This document shows positions 12,906 through 22,891 of a DNA stretch of 64,000 nucleotides, piece after piece (positions within the stretch are counted from its first letter, which is position 1; each line of letters starts with the position of its first letter). Source of the DNA: Callorhinchus milii (taxonomy: Eukaryota); contig NW_024704742.1 of assembly GCF_018977255.1 (NCBI RefSeq), positions 83,578,001 through 83,642,000 on the forward strand, in the 5' to 3' direction. A program made the translations under genes and the position numbers. The notes beneath the pieces are model-generated. The model was not told the origin of the DNA and made no database searches. It worked only from the letters and a program-made list of their open reading frames with translations.

Positions 12906-13365
12906 CCGATGTCCCACAGGGCTCCGCCAGATGGTATCACTGGGGATGGGATGGGAACTGTTCAGCAATTCTCTGTTCGTGGCCTTTTCCGTAAAAGAAA
13001 AGTTCACAAAGTTCACCTTCACAGTGACTTCGCCGCCGCGATATGACCGAGTGGTGCAAACCCCCCACTCCCCCCCCCCCCCCCGGGGGCAGGTCCCCCC
13101 CCCCCCCCGGGGGCAGGTCCGTCCCCCCCCCCGGGGGCAGGTCCGTCCCCGTCCCCCCCCCCCCGGGGGCAGGTCCGTCCCCCCCCCCCCGGGGGCAGGT
13201 GTCCCCCCCCTCCCCGGGGCAGGTCCCCCCCCCCCCCCGGGGGCAGGTCTGACCCTCCGCCCGGACAGTGCGGGCGAGTGGATCGCCAACATGTGGCGGA
13301 TCGGAAATAAGGCGAATGTCACCCCAACCGCATAGATATCACACACCACCGACACAGACACCCCT
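12905..13365. promoter_or_regulatory. CpG-rich unique sequence near the GLDC 5' end (candidate CpG-island/promoter region)
   Basis: Many retained CpGs (cgccgccgcg, ccgcccgg, tgcgggcgag) compared with the CpG-poor rest of the window; exon 2 is also CpG-rich. Confidence 0.4.
13068..13250. repeat. GC-rich minisatellite, about 7 copies of C(n)GGGGGCAGGTC(CGT)
   Basis: Repeated ggggcaggt cores separated by long C runs. Confidence 0.93.
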
Positions 13366-13404
13366 GGGGGGGGGGGGGGGGTCTGTCAGACATCACTGAC
13401 TTTG

Positions 13405-14491
13405 GAGGGGGGGGGACTGGTGTGTGGGGGGGTGGGTGTGTGTGTGGTGTGTGTGTGTGGGGGGGTGTAGTGTGTGTGTGTGGGGGTGTAGTGTGTGTGT
13501 GGGTGTGTGTGTAGTGTGGGTGGGTGTGTGTGTAGTGTGTGTGTGGGGGGTGTTGTGTGTGTGTGTGTGGGGTGTTGTGTGTGTGTGTGGGGTGTTGTGT
13601 GTGTGTGTGTGTGGGGGGGGGTGTAGTGTGTGTGTGTGTGGTGTAGTGTGTGTGTGGGTGTGTGTGTAGTGTGGGTGGGTGTGTGTGTAGTGTGTGTGTG
13701 GGGGGTGTTGTGTGTGTGTGTGTGGGGTGTTGTGTGTGTGTGTGGGGTGTTGTGTGTGTGTGTGTGTGTGTGGGGTTGTAGTGTGTGTGTGGGGTGTTGT
13801 GTGTGTGTGTGGGGGGGGGGGTGTAGTGTGTGTGTGGGGTGTTGTGTGTGTGTGTGGGGTGTGTGTAGTGTGTGTGTGGGGGTGTGTGTGTGTGTGGGGG
13901 GGGTGTAGTGTGTGTGTGTGGTGTGTAGTGTGTGTGTGTGGGGTGTTGTGTGTAGTGTGTGTGTGGGGTGTTGTGTGTGTAGTGTGGGGTGTTGTGTGTG
14001 TGTGTGGGGTGTTGTGTGTGTGGTGTGTGGTGTGTGGGGGTGTGTGTGTGTGGGGGGGGGGTGTAGTGTGTGTGTGTGGTGTGTAGTGTGTGTGTGTGGG
14101 GTGTTGTGTGTAGTGTGTGTGTGGGGTGTTGTGTGTGTGGTGTGTGGGTGTGTGTGTGTGTGTGTGGGGTGTAGTGTGTGTGTGTGGTGTGGTGTGTGGG
14201 GCGGTATAAGTGACCCTGACCATAGTGGTCGGCACAGTAAAGGTGTGTGTGAGATGACGGATGACCGGAGCCACAAGTGGCGGTGATTGAAGCACTGAAT
14301 GTGCTGCACTTTATGGTGTGTTGAGAGAGGGGCTCGTCCCCGCGTCAGGTGTGTGGGGGGTGTGGGGTATGTGTGTGGGGGTGTGTGGGGGTGTGTATGT
14401 GTGTGGTGTGTGTGGGGGGATGTGTGTGTGTATGTGTGTGTGGGTGTATGGGGTGTGTGTGAGTGTATGTGTGTGTGGGTGTGTGGGGGGT
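13405..14491. repeat. GT/G-rich microsatellite block (GTGTAGT / GGGGTGTTGT variants) with a unique island at about 14200-14348
   Basis: Directly visible. Confidence 0.96.
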
Positions 14492-14516
14492 NNNNNNNNN
14501 NNNNNNNNNNNNNNNN
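14492..14516. other. Assembly gap (25 N), likely hiding GLDC exon 1 and promoter
   Basis: Run of N between low-complexity blocks. No exon encoding the expected ...DFARRHIGP... N-terminal segment was found upstream on either strand. Confidence 0.75.
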
Positions 14517-15400
14517 TCTCTCCCCCCCCGTGCCTCTCTCCCCCCGTGCCTCTCTCCCCCCCGTGTCTCTCTCCCCCCGTGCCTCTCTCCCCCCCCGTGC
14601 CTCTCTCCCCCCCCCGTGCCTCTCTCCCCCCCGTGCTCTCTCCCCCCCGTGCTCTCTCCCCCCCCGTGCCTCTCTCCCCCCCGTCTCTCTCCCCCCGTGC
14701 CTCTCTCCGCCCCCCCGTGTCTCTCTCCGCCCCCCGTGTCTCTCCGCCCCCCCGTGTCTCTCTCCCCCCCCTGTGTCTCTCTCCCCCACCGTGTCTCTCC
14801 CCCCCCCCGTGTCTCTCCCCCCCCCCCGTGTCTCTCCCCCCCTCCCTGTGTGTCTCCCCCCTCCCCGTGTTCTCTCCCCCTCCCCGTGTCTCTCCCCCCT
14901 CCCTGTGTCTCTCCCCCTCCCTGTGTCTCTCCCACCTCCCTGTACCTCTCTCTCCCGTCCCTGTGTCCTCTCCCCTCCCTGTGTCTCTCCCCCCCCACCC
15001 TCCCCGTGTCTCTCCCCCCTCCCTGTGTCTCTCCCCCGTCCCTGTGTCTCTCCCACCTCCCTGTACCTCTCTCTCCCGTCCCTGTGTCTCTCTCCCCTCC
15101 CTGTGTCTCTCCCCCCCCCGTGTCTCTCTCCTCTCCCTGTGACTCTCTCCCCCCTCCCTGTGACTCTCCCCCTCCCGTGTCTCTCCCCCCCCCCCCATGT
15201 CTCTCTCCCGTCCCTGTGTCTCTCCCCCCTCCCTGTACCTCTCTCCCCCTCCCTGTGCCTCTCCACTGCCACTCCCTGTGCCTTTCCACCCCCCCTCCCT
15301 GTGTATCTCCACCCCCCCTCCCTGTGCCTCTCCCCCCCCTCGTGCCTCTCCCCCCCCTCCCTGTGCCTCTCCCCCCCCCCCCGTGCCTCTCCCCCCACCC
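14517..15400. repeat. Pyrimidine-rich minisatellite (CCCCCGTGCCTCTCT / CCCTGTGTCTCTCCCC)
   Basis: Directly visible; ends immediately before the exon 2 acceptor. Confidence 0.97.
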
Positions 15401-15412
15401 ACTGTGTGACAG

Positions 15413-15491
15413 AGTATTGATCAGCTTATTGACAACACGGTGCCGGCTCGGATCCGCCTGAGGCGGCCGCTGAGGATGGAGGACGCTGTGT
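15413..15491 (+). CDS. GLDC: GLDC exon 2 (SIDQLIDNTVPARIRLRRPLRMEDAV-C)
   Basis: gacag|AGT...GTGT|gtgagt; 79 nt; similar to human [26 protein letters not shown]. Confidence 0.95.
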
Positions 15492-15587
15492 GTGAGTAAA
15501 ATGTCCCATTGTTGTTGTTGTTTCTGATAGTTTGTCAACATGAAACACTTGATTCTAATGAAATGCGGGGACACACGTGACAACAGA

Positions 15588-15890
15588 ACCCCCCACCACC
15601 CACCCCCGAACCACCCACACCCCACGATCCCCCCCCACAGCCCGCACCATCCCCCCCATAGCCCGCACCAGCCCCCACCCTCCATGCAGCCCCCACCCCC
15701 CACGCAGCCCCCCCCACGCAGCCTCCCCCACGCAGCCCCCCACGCACCCCCCCACGCAGCCCCCCCCACGCAGCCCCCCCCCACGCAGCCCCCCCCATGC
15801 AGCCCCCCCCATGCAGCCACCCCCCCGCAGCACCCCCCACGCAGCCCCCCCACGCAGCACCCCCCCCCACCCCCTCTCCCTTCCCCCACC
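15588..15890. repeat. C-rich minisatellite (CCCCCCACGCAG)n
   Basis: Directly visible. Confidence 0.93.
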
Positions 15891-17929
15891 TCTGTGTGTC
15901 CATATTAGGTCGAGGTGCAGCCTGTCTGTAAGCCTGTGCGCAGCACACCATTGGAGGAAGGAGCAAACACACTAGACAAGACCCGCCGGCGTAGACAGGC
16001 AGACAAGACGACAACAACAACTTGCATTAAATATAGCGCCCTTCACGCAGGGTAGCGTCCCGGAGTGCTTAGACAAGTCGACCAGACAGACGAGCAAAGA
16101 GGTTGAAGAAGTTTATCTTCAACATATGCCCATTTCTCTCTCTCTCTTCGCTCACCTAGCTTCCCATCCCCCCTCATCCCCTTCCCCCTTGCTTTGTGCA
16201 TCTGGCTTGTATTGGGGTTTGTTACTCAAATTGCTGGCGCTGATTTTCAGATATGGGAGGGGTACTTGTCATGTCCTTGAAAGCACTCTGGGCCACTATC
16301 CTTCGTAAGGGGCTCTTTTTAAATGCAAGTTGTTTTTGTGTGGGTGTATTAAAAAAAAACCTTCCCTTTGGCCGTGGGGACTATGCTACTCGCAGCTGTC
16401 ATTGCCCAAGCTATAGTGTGCGCCTCCAGGCTCCTCACAGTTGCGACTGCGCAGGAAAGTTAGCTCTACACTATTGTGTCACAGTCATGGATTGTTATCA
16501 TCTGGGCTTGATGATGAGACAGCTCTGGCCACTGGGTCTGGTTTGTGCAGGAGAGTCGCAGCTGTGGTTTCAGTCAGTCATGCGGGATCTGTTCCCAGAG
16601 TAAAGTCTGCTTTAGAAAGTTGTGGAGCTTTAATAATCTAAAACTAAAAACACAGCTGATCCTTCGCCCACAATATATGCAGTCAATTCACTTTACAGTA
16701 TAATCTGTGAAGCGCTTTGAGATGTCGAAAAAGATGTGATAAGGCGCTATATCAAATGCAAGGATTATTATCCTAGACAAACTAAGCTCTAATCAGCCTT
16801 TCTATCTCACAAGAAATGTGAGAGCACTTTGATTGTTGCCAATCGCCTGCACAAGTGTACAGTACTGAAGTATTGTTGCTATATCTGCTCAGTGAGACAC
16901 TTCAAGTATCTTCACCCATGTGTTTATATGGGGTGCGCATCGTGGGGGGAGGGATGGGGATGGGGAGGATGGGTGGTATAAGGAAGCTTGTCTTTTAGCT
17001 TTTTTTAAAAATGCTATAATTCCATAGCAAATCATTGCGATGTCTAGCAAGCAGTGGCCGCTGATTTTCCAGCGACGACCACCCTATTGTTTGGGATTTG
17101 GTTTGAGTTAACAGGAGCTGAGTGGGAAGGATCGCTGCCCTCGGGCTGGCTGGTCCATCATCAGCAGTACATTGGAGTACTGCAAACCCATCTGCCTCAG
17201 AATCTAAACTATGAGGACTACCACAGACGTTATTGTTTCATTCCATTGGTAAACACATCACCTTGAATGCATCTTAGCCTAGAGAAGACTGCAGGATAGT
17301 CACTAGATCTTTCTTGGTTGGGAGAGGGGGGTGGGGAGAGGAGAGGTGCTATGTCTGCTGTATGCTGCTGTTATTGGTATTCAGCACGCAAATCTATAAT
17401 GATCTCTATGATTCACTAGAGTGTTTGATCTCAATGTTGGTGGTGAGCCAAGCCAACCTAACTATATGGCCCTCATCTGTGCTGAGATGGCTGGGTTGAC
17501 TGCAGTTAATCCTTAGCTGTGTGATAGCTGCACAAGTGACTTTTCAATCAATCTTTGATTAAGCCTTTCGATTTAAAATATTTTAACAGAATAACAACTC
17601 TGTTTACAAAGTACTAGAAGTGTTTGTAAAGGCACAAGATGGGTGTCACATTGTGTGGGCATCACGGTGGACATGCGATGATCCCAGAAAGGGAATTGTG
17701 AAGATGTTCCCTCAATTCTTGCTGTAATAATGCAACTCGTAAACTTTCAAAATCTAAAATCCAATCATTTCTACCCTTTTCCCTTTATTTCTGTAGGACA
17801 GAAAAACCTCACAGAAATACCGTAAATACTAAAATGGGTCATTTTTCTATTCACTAATTGATCAGATTTTGTGAGTTGAAGATGGAAATCTGAATCCTCA
17901 TTTAACATTTATTATCTTGTCCTCGAGGG

Positions 17930-18104
17930 CAGTGTTTCTCAACCTTTTTGATACCAGGGACCCATTCAGTTTCTTCTTATAAACATGGTGGGCAGCGAGT
18001 AAATGAGCCTGGAAAGACAAACAATCTAAAGGGATCACTGGAATGGACTGGCCGTGAGATAATCACAGATGGGCCCTGGTTCTCTTAACAGTCGAGAAAC
18101 ACTG
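17930..18104. mobile_element. hAT-Charlie-like MITE (175 bp)
   Basis: TIRs CAGTGTTTCTCAAC ... GTCGAGAAACACTG and subterminal accagggacccat/atgggccctggt; no intact 8-bp TSD. Confidence 0.7.
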
Positions 18105-18371
18105 CACTGCTGTAACTTTTCCTGAGTGAAGAATGTTGTAATAATTTACACTGTATTTGTATTTAGGTCAGTGGGATAAAGCTTAGACATCAAGTTCATG
18201 TCAGGATGGGGCAATAATCGTGTTGATTCATCTATTTGATCACAATCGATAGTAACATTTACAAGTAGCAAGTTTGGATTTTTCCGTAAACATGTGATTT
18301 TGGGGAGGAAAGAAAGGTTGTAGATACTATTGCAAGATTGAATTGGTAGTCATGATCTTACATCATATGTG

Positions 18372-18935
18372 GTGTCCGTCTGGCTGAGTCGGTATGGTAG
18401 CACTTTTTGCCTGAGTCACAAAGGTTCAAAGCCCCACATCTTTGAACTCAGATCGTTCAGGCTATCACTCCAATGCAATGGTGATGGTGTGCTGCAATGG
18501 GAAAGGTACCAGCCTTCTGATGAGACGTTAAACCAAAGTGTGGAGTCCTGTAGCTCAGTGGTTAGAGCACTCGCTTTGCAAGTGAGAGACCTGAGTTCAA
18601 TTCCAGGCACAGGGCGAAACCTTGGGCAAGTTTCCTTACTCCACACGCCTAATAATAATCCCCCCAAAAAACCAAAAACAATAATAAATTGGTCATCTTC
18701 AATCCATGACTGTTTGTGGGACATTGCTGTGCGCAATTGGCTGCCGTGTTTGCCCACAAATATACAGTCAATTCACTTTACAGTATATTCTGTGAAACGC
18801 TTTGGGACGTCTAGAAGACGTGAAAAGCGCTATATCAAATGCAAGGATTATTATTATTAAAGTCCTCTCTGCCTATTTAGGTGGACATTAAAGATCCCAA
18901 GGCACCTCTCAAAGCGAAGAGTTTCTCTGACATTG
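18372..18935 (+). mobile_element. Old SacSINE1/Deu-like SINE interrupted by a young SINE
   Basis: ...gatgagacgttaaaccaaagt | insertion | aaagtcctctctgcctatttaggtggacattaaagatccc continues the old consensus. Confidence 0.75.
18540..18858 (+). mobile_element. Young tRNA(Ala-like)-derived SINE, short subfamily, full length, 5-bp TSD AAAGT
   Basis: A box TAGCTCAGTGG, arm CTCGC-TTTGCAA-GTGAG, B box GAGTTCAATTC, L2-type tail plus (ATT)n. Confidence 0.93.
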
Positions 18936-20158
18936 AAGGCATTATATCAATATTCTTATTTTATGACACCCACCCCCATCAGAAAGGTAGGGATTGGCTT
19001 GCTGGGATTTTCACTAAGAGCAAAGCAAAGGGCAGTTAACACTTTGCTCTTCAAATGTCCCAAACCATTATTGATCGTGCATGAGTTTAGTGCCCAGTTG
19101 TTGCTCAAATAGATGCATGACATGGCACAGCCAGAAATATTGAACCAATTGTTGGAAATCTGAAGCTTTGATCAGCATACAAATCCTCTTCATGAATGAA
19201 CTATAGTAACATTACAAAGGTAGAATAGATCGACACATTGTGCTTCACATTGCTATGCTTCATGTTCCCTTTGTTATTAAATTACATTGAATATTTAGTA
19301 GACAAATTTCTTCAAACGTTTTTTTTAAGGGGAAAGAACTCCCTTTGTCTATTGTGGTCAGTGCTAGTAAATTACTGTTTCACTGCAGCTGGTTCACTGC
19401 ACTGAATGTCTTCTGTTCAATACCATTGGATTATGTAAAAATGAGGAGTGCCAAATGGAACTGACAAGGAAATTGTGGACAAGGGAGCACCAATGCTGCT
19501 TTGCTAATGTGAGGGTAGAACCCTGTGTAGTAATGCAGAGTCTGTGAAACTGGTTGAAGATTGGTAGCTAAATTTAGTTATGCTCCATGCACTTGCTTTA
19601 TCATGGTTGTTGTTAATTATCAGGTAGTGTATCAGTTAGAGCGCATTAGTTAGAGCACTCACTTTGCCTCGATTCCTCGGTGAGGCGAAATCTTAAGCAA
19701 GTTTCCCTACTTCACATGCTTCTGTTTACCTAGCAGTAACTAGGAACCTGGATGTTAAGTTGATTCACGGATCGTTTTCCGTTGGTGGTCATCAATCCAC
19801 AACTGTTTGTAGGACACTGCTGTGTGTAGTTGGCTGCCCATTTTGCCCACAAAGGCCATTTGGGCTCACTTCTCTGAGTGCCTAAGAGTGACTCTTGCTC
19901 GCAAGTAGAAGTGCCTCAGTAATCATCATGCCAAATCACCAGTAATTGGAAGTGGATTGTTTTGGAGCACACTTCACACAGTTGGCATAACACACTTGAA
20001 TGTTATTGGCAGGAATGAATATTTCATTAGCAATTCCTATTATGCAAATCATTCTGGACCTCAAGGGCATACACCCAGTTGCTACTGCGTTGAAATACTA
20101 CATGTTTTCATTACTTGGACTTGGATCACATTTATACACCTTGTAGTGATATTGTATA

Positions 20159-20890
20159 GAACCTTGGCGTCTTGGTTGACACTCAACTATCCTTTCTACC
20201 CCACATCCGTGCCATGACCCGCTCTGCCTTCCCCCACCTCCGCAACATCGTCTGGCTCCACCACTGTCTCATACCACAGACTGCTGAAACCTCATACACA
20301 CATTCATAACATCCAGGCTTGACTATGAAAACTCCTTGCTTGTTGGCCTCCCCAACTCCTTCCTCCATAGGCTGCAGATCATCCAGAACCCTACAGCCTG
20401 TGTCCTCTCCAGCACCAGGTTCTGTGACCTTATCTCCCCCATCCTAGCTTGACTCCATTGGCTTCCCATCACACCGAGGTTACAGTTCAAGATCCTGGTC
20501 CTCACCTTTAAAGCCCTTCATGGCCTTGCCTCTGTGACCTCCTAACCCCAACCATCCTGCCCTCTCCCTCCGCTCAACTGGGGTGTGCGGGCAAGGGGAG
20601 ACCGAAAGGTTGAAGAAATGAGTCTTAATGCAGATCTTGAAAGCAGGAGGGAGGGCAAGGTGGAGTTACTGCGGGATGGCATTCCAGAGAGTAGGGCAAA
20701 ATAGCTGAAATCCCCCAACAATGGTTGGGTGGAACAGGCGGGAGACTTAAAGAGTTGGTATTTGCCAAGCAGATGGGGTAGCTCGGATATTGGGGTCAGT
20801 GGAGGTTGTAGAGGGAAGGTGGCGGAAACGTCCATTAAAAAGTGAGGACAAGAATTTTAAATTTGAATAGGAGACATGTGAGGATGGGAG
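20159..20890. mobile_element. Two adjacent L2 fragments (+ 20159-20545, - about 20590-20890)
   Basis: Plus part nearly identical to 42640-42970; minus part resembles the L2 3' region. Confidence 0.75.
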
Positions 20891-21741
20891 TAATGAGATG
20901 ACGGAACCTGTTACCAGTGAACAGTGTTGAGGACCAGAAGCAGGTGTCAGTGGTGCAAACTTTAACTGCATTTTGGTTGACTACCTGGATACCTAATCAT
21001 TCATTTATACCTGATTTTTATCATTTGTACCAACTCAGGACTTTTCCCTATTAAACTTCCAACAAATCAGCTGTGACATTAGCAAGGTTATGTTTGTACC
21101 AGTGTAATTAGAAGTATAACTGCAGATTTGAAACTTTTATGCTCGTCCATCTGATTTAATTTCATAATTATGGTGCCCATTATTTGAAATACAGTATATA
21201 TCCTCTACTGAAACAAATACCCCTTTATGTTGTACAATTTACATCTGCCTGAATCACAAGGCAGACAGAATCTAAAATGAATAAGATCAGCAAAAAAAGG
21301 ACGGTAAACTATAAATAAATAATTTAGTGTGCAAAAGCAGCAGTTAACTAATGTCAGCAGTTTGCAACACGCAATGAGTGAAACGAAAATTAAAAAAAGA
21401 AGAAACTAAAAGTAAAAGGAATGCATTAGAATATACAGCACAGAAACAGGCCATTTGTCCCAACTGGTCCATGATGGTGTTTATGCTCCACATGAGCCTC
21501 CTTCTGCCCTTCCTCAACTAAGCCTTCAAGCAAAAATAAAGCAAAAAGAAAGCAAAAGATGGACAGAGTCAGAGCATCAGGTCAGAGCAGCAGTCAGTAA
21601 TTTCACACATAAAGCATTTCAAGTCTATTTCAAGTATAGTCATGCTGTAGCTTCTTATTTTTCAATCTGGTTATTTGGGTGGTAACACAGAGTTCAAAGT
21701 GTGTTCTCTCTGCAGTTTCAACATCCCAGGGTGGCTCCAGA

Positions 21742-22131
21742 TAACAATAATGATCCTTGCATTTGATATAGCACCTTATTACATCGTTCAGACATCGCAA
21801 AGTGTTTCACAGGATATACTGAAAAGTGGTGTGATTGTATTTGAGGGCAAATGGAGCAGCCAGAGTGAGTGACCAATTTTATTGGGGGTTATTGACCAGG
21901 CACTGAGATAAACTCCCTTCTGTTTTCAAATAGTGCCATGGGATCTTTCACATCTGCCTGAAGAGGCAGACAAGACTTCAGCTTAACATTTTATCCGAAG
22001 GATGCCAGCTCCAACAATGCTGTGTTGCCCCTGTACTGCATTTGAGTACTAGACTCGACAGTGTTAAAGTCCCAAGGTGGGGTTTGAACCTACAACCTTC
22101 TGACAGATAGGCAACTGAGTCAGGCTGACAT
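21742..22131 (-). mobile_element. Old SacSINE1/Deu-like SINE
   Basis: atagtgccatgggatctttcacatc...tttgaacctacaaccttctgac...caggctgaca. Confidence 0.75.
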
Positions 22132-22468
22132 CAGCATAGACCAGGATCATAGATGGAAAATATACAGTCAATTCACTTTACAGTCTATTCTGTGAAGCAC
22201 GTTGGGACGTCTAGAAGACGTGAAAAGCGCTATATCAAATGCAAGGATTATTATTATTTTGGTGTGCATGGCTTCACATAAACTACACTTAACTGATGCC
22301 TTCATTCGCTACACCATCGAGAAGCTCTGAATATTGAAATTCGTTGGCTAGGAAATTCAAATAATAGATGACTAGCAGTCAGTCACGAGGCAGCAGTTCA
22401 GCCTGAGGCTGATTAACAAATTACAGTGCAAAGCTTGAAGAATTTGTGAGCATCAGCAGAATCCAAGG

Positions 22469-22891
22469 CGCAAAATACTGGGGGAGGGGGAAGGTGAGTT
22501 GTTATGGTCTGAAACTGAGCACCATATGTTTTTTTCAGACCATAACAGCTCACCTTCCCCCCTCCCCCTCTTCTGGGACCATTACCACATCTGGGTCTGG
22601 GTCCCAGACACACCTTTTCACTCTCTGGTCTGCCTATTTTGTTGCAATTCCTCACCCCTTTGTTTTGCATTATTAACATCCCTTTAACCCATCATTCCCT
22701 GTTCTCTACCCCATTTGCTCCTTTGTCTTCCTTGTCCTGCTTCCCCCCTGTCTGTTAGTCCTTAAAAACCTCTCCATCCCAACATGCCCCAGTTCTGATG
22801 AAGGGTCATGGACCCGAAACGTTGACTCACTTTCCATTCTCCATAGATGCTGCCTGATCTGCTGAGTGTTCCCAGTGATTTCTGTTTTTGT
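22469..22891 (+). mobile_element. Penelope-like element terminal fragment with 5' inversion; 14-bp TSD AGCAGAATCCAAGG
   Basis: TSD at 22455-22468 and 22892-22905; ctgatgaagggtc..gacccgaaacgt..gatgctgcctgatctgctgag matches the recalled pseudo-LTR of shark Penelope-like elements. Confidence 0.8.
22791..22827 (+). ncRNA. Minimal type I hammerhead ribozyme motif (Penelope-type)
   Basis: AGUU-CUGAUGA-A-GGGUC-AUG-GACCC-GAA-ACGU-U-GACU: core boxes, 5-bp stem II, palindromic ACGU stem III, 4-bp stem I. Confidence 0.7.

Noticed and set aside
12220..16020. Long ORFs (up to 670 aa) rich in C/V, H/T, P or G/E/R
   Set aside because: Translations of microsatellites and minisatellites that lack stop codons by composition; open in most frames on both strands, and some run through Ns
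18540..18615. tRNA-Ala-like gene (also at 41250-41323 and 63922-64000)
   Set aside because: No proper acceptor stem; continuous with SINE body and tail, so these are SINE heads
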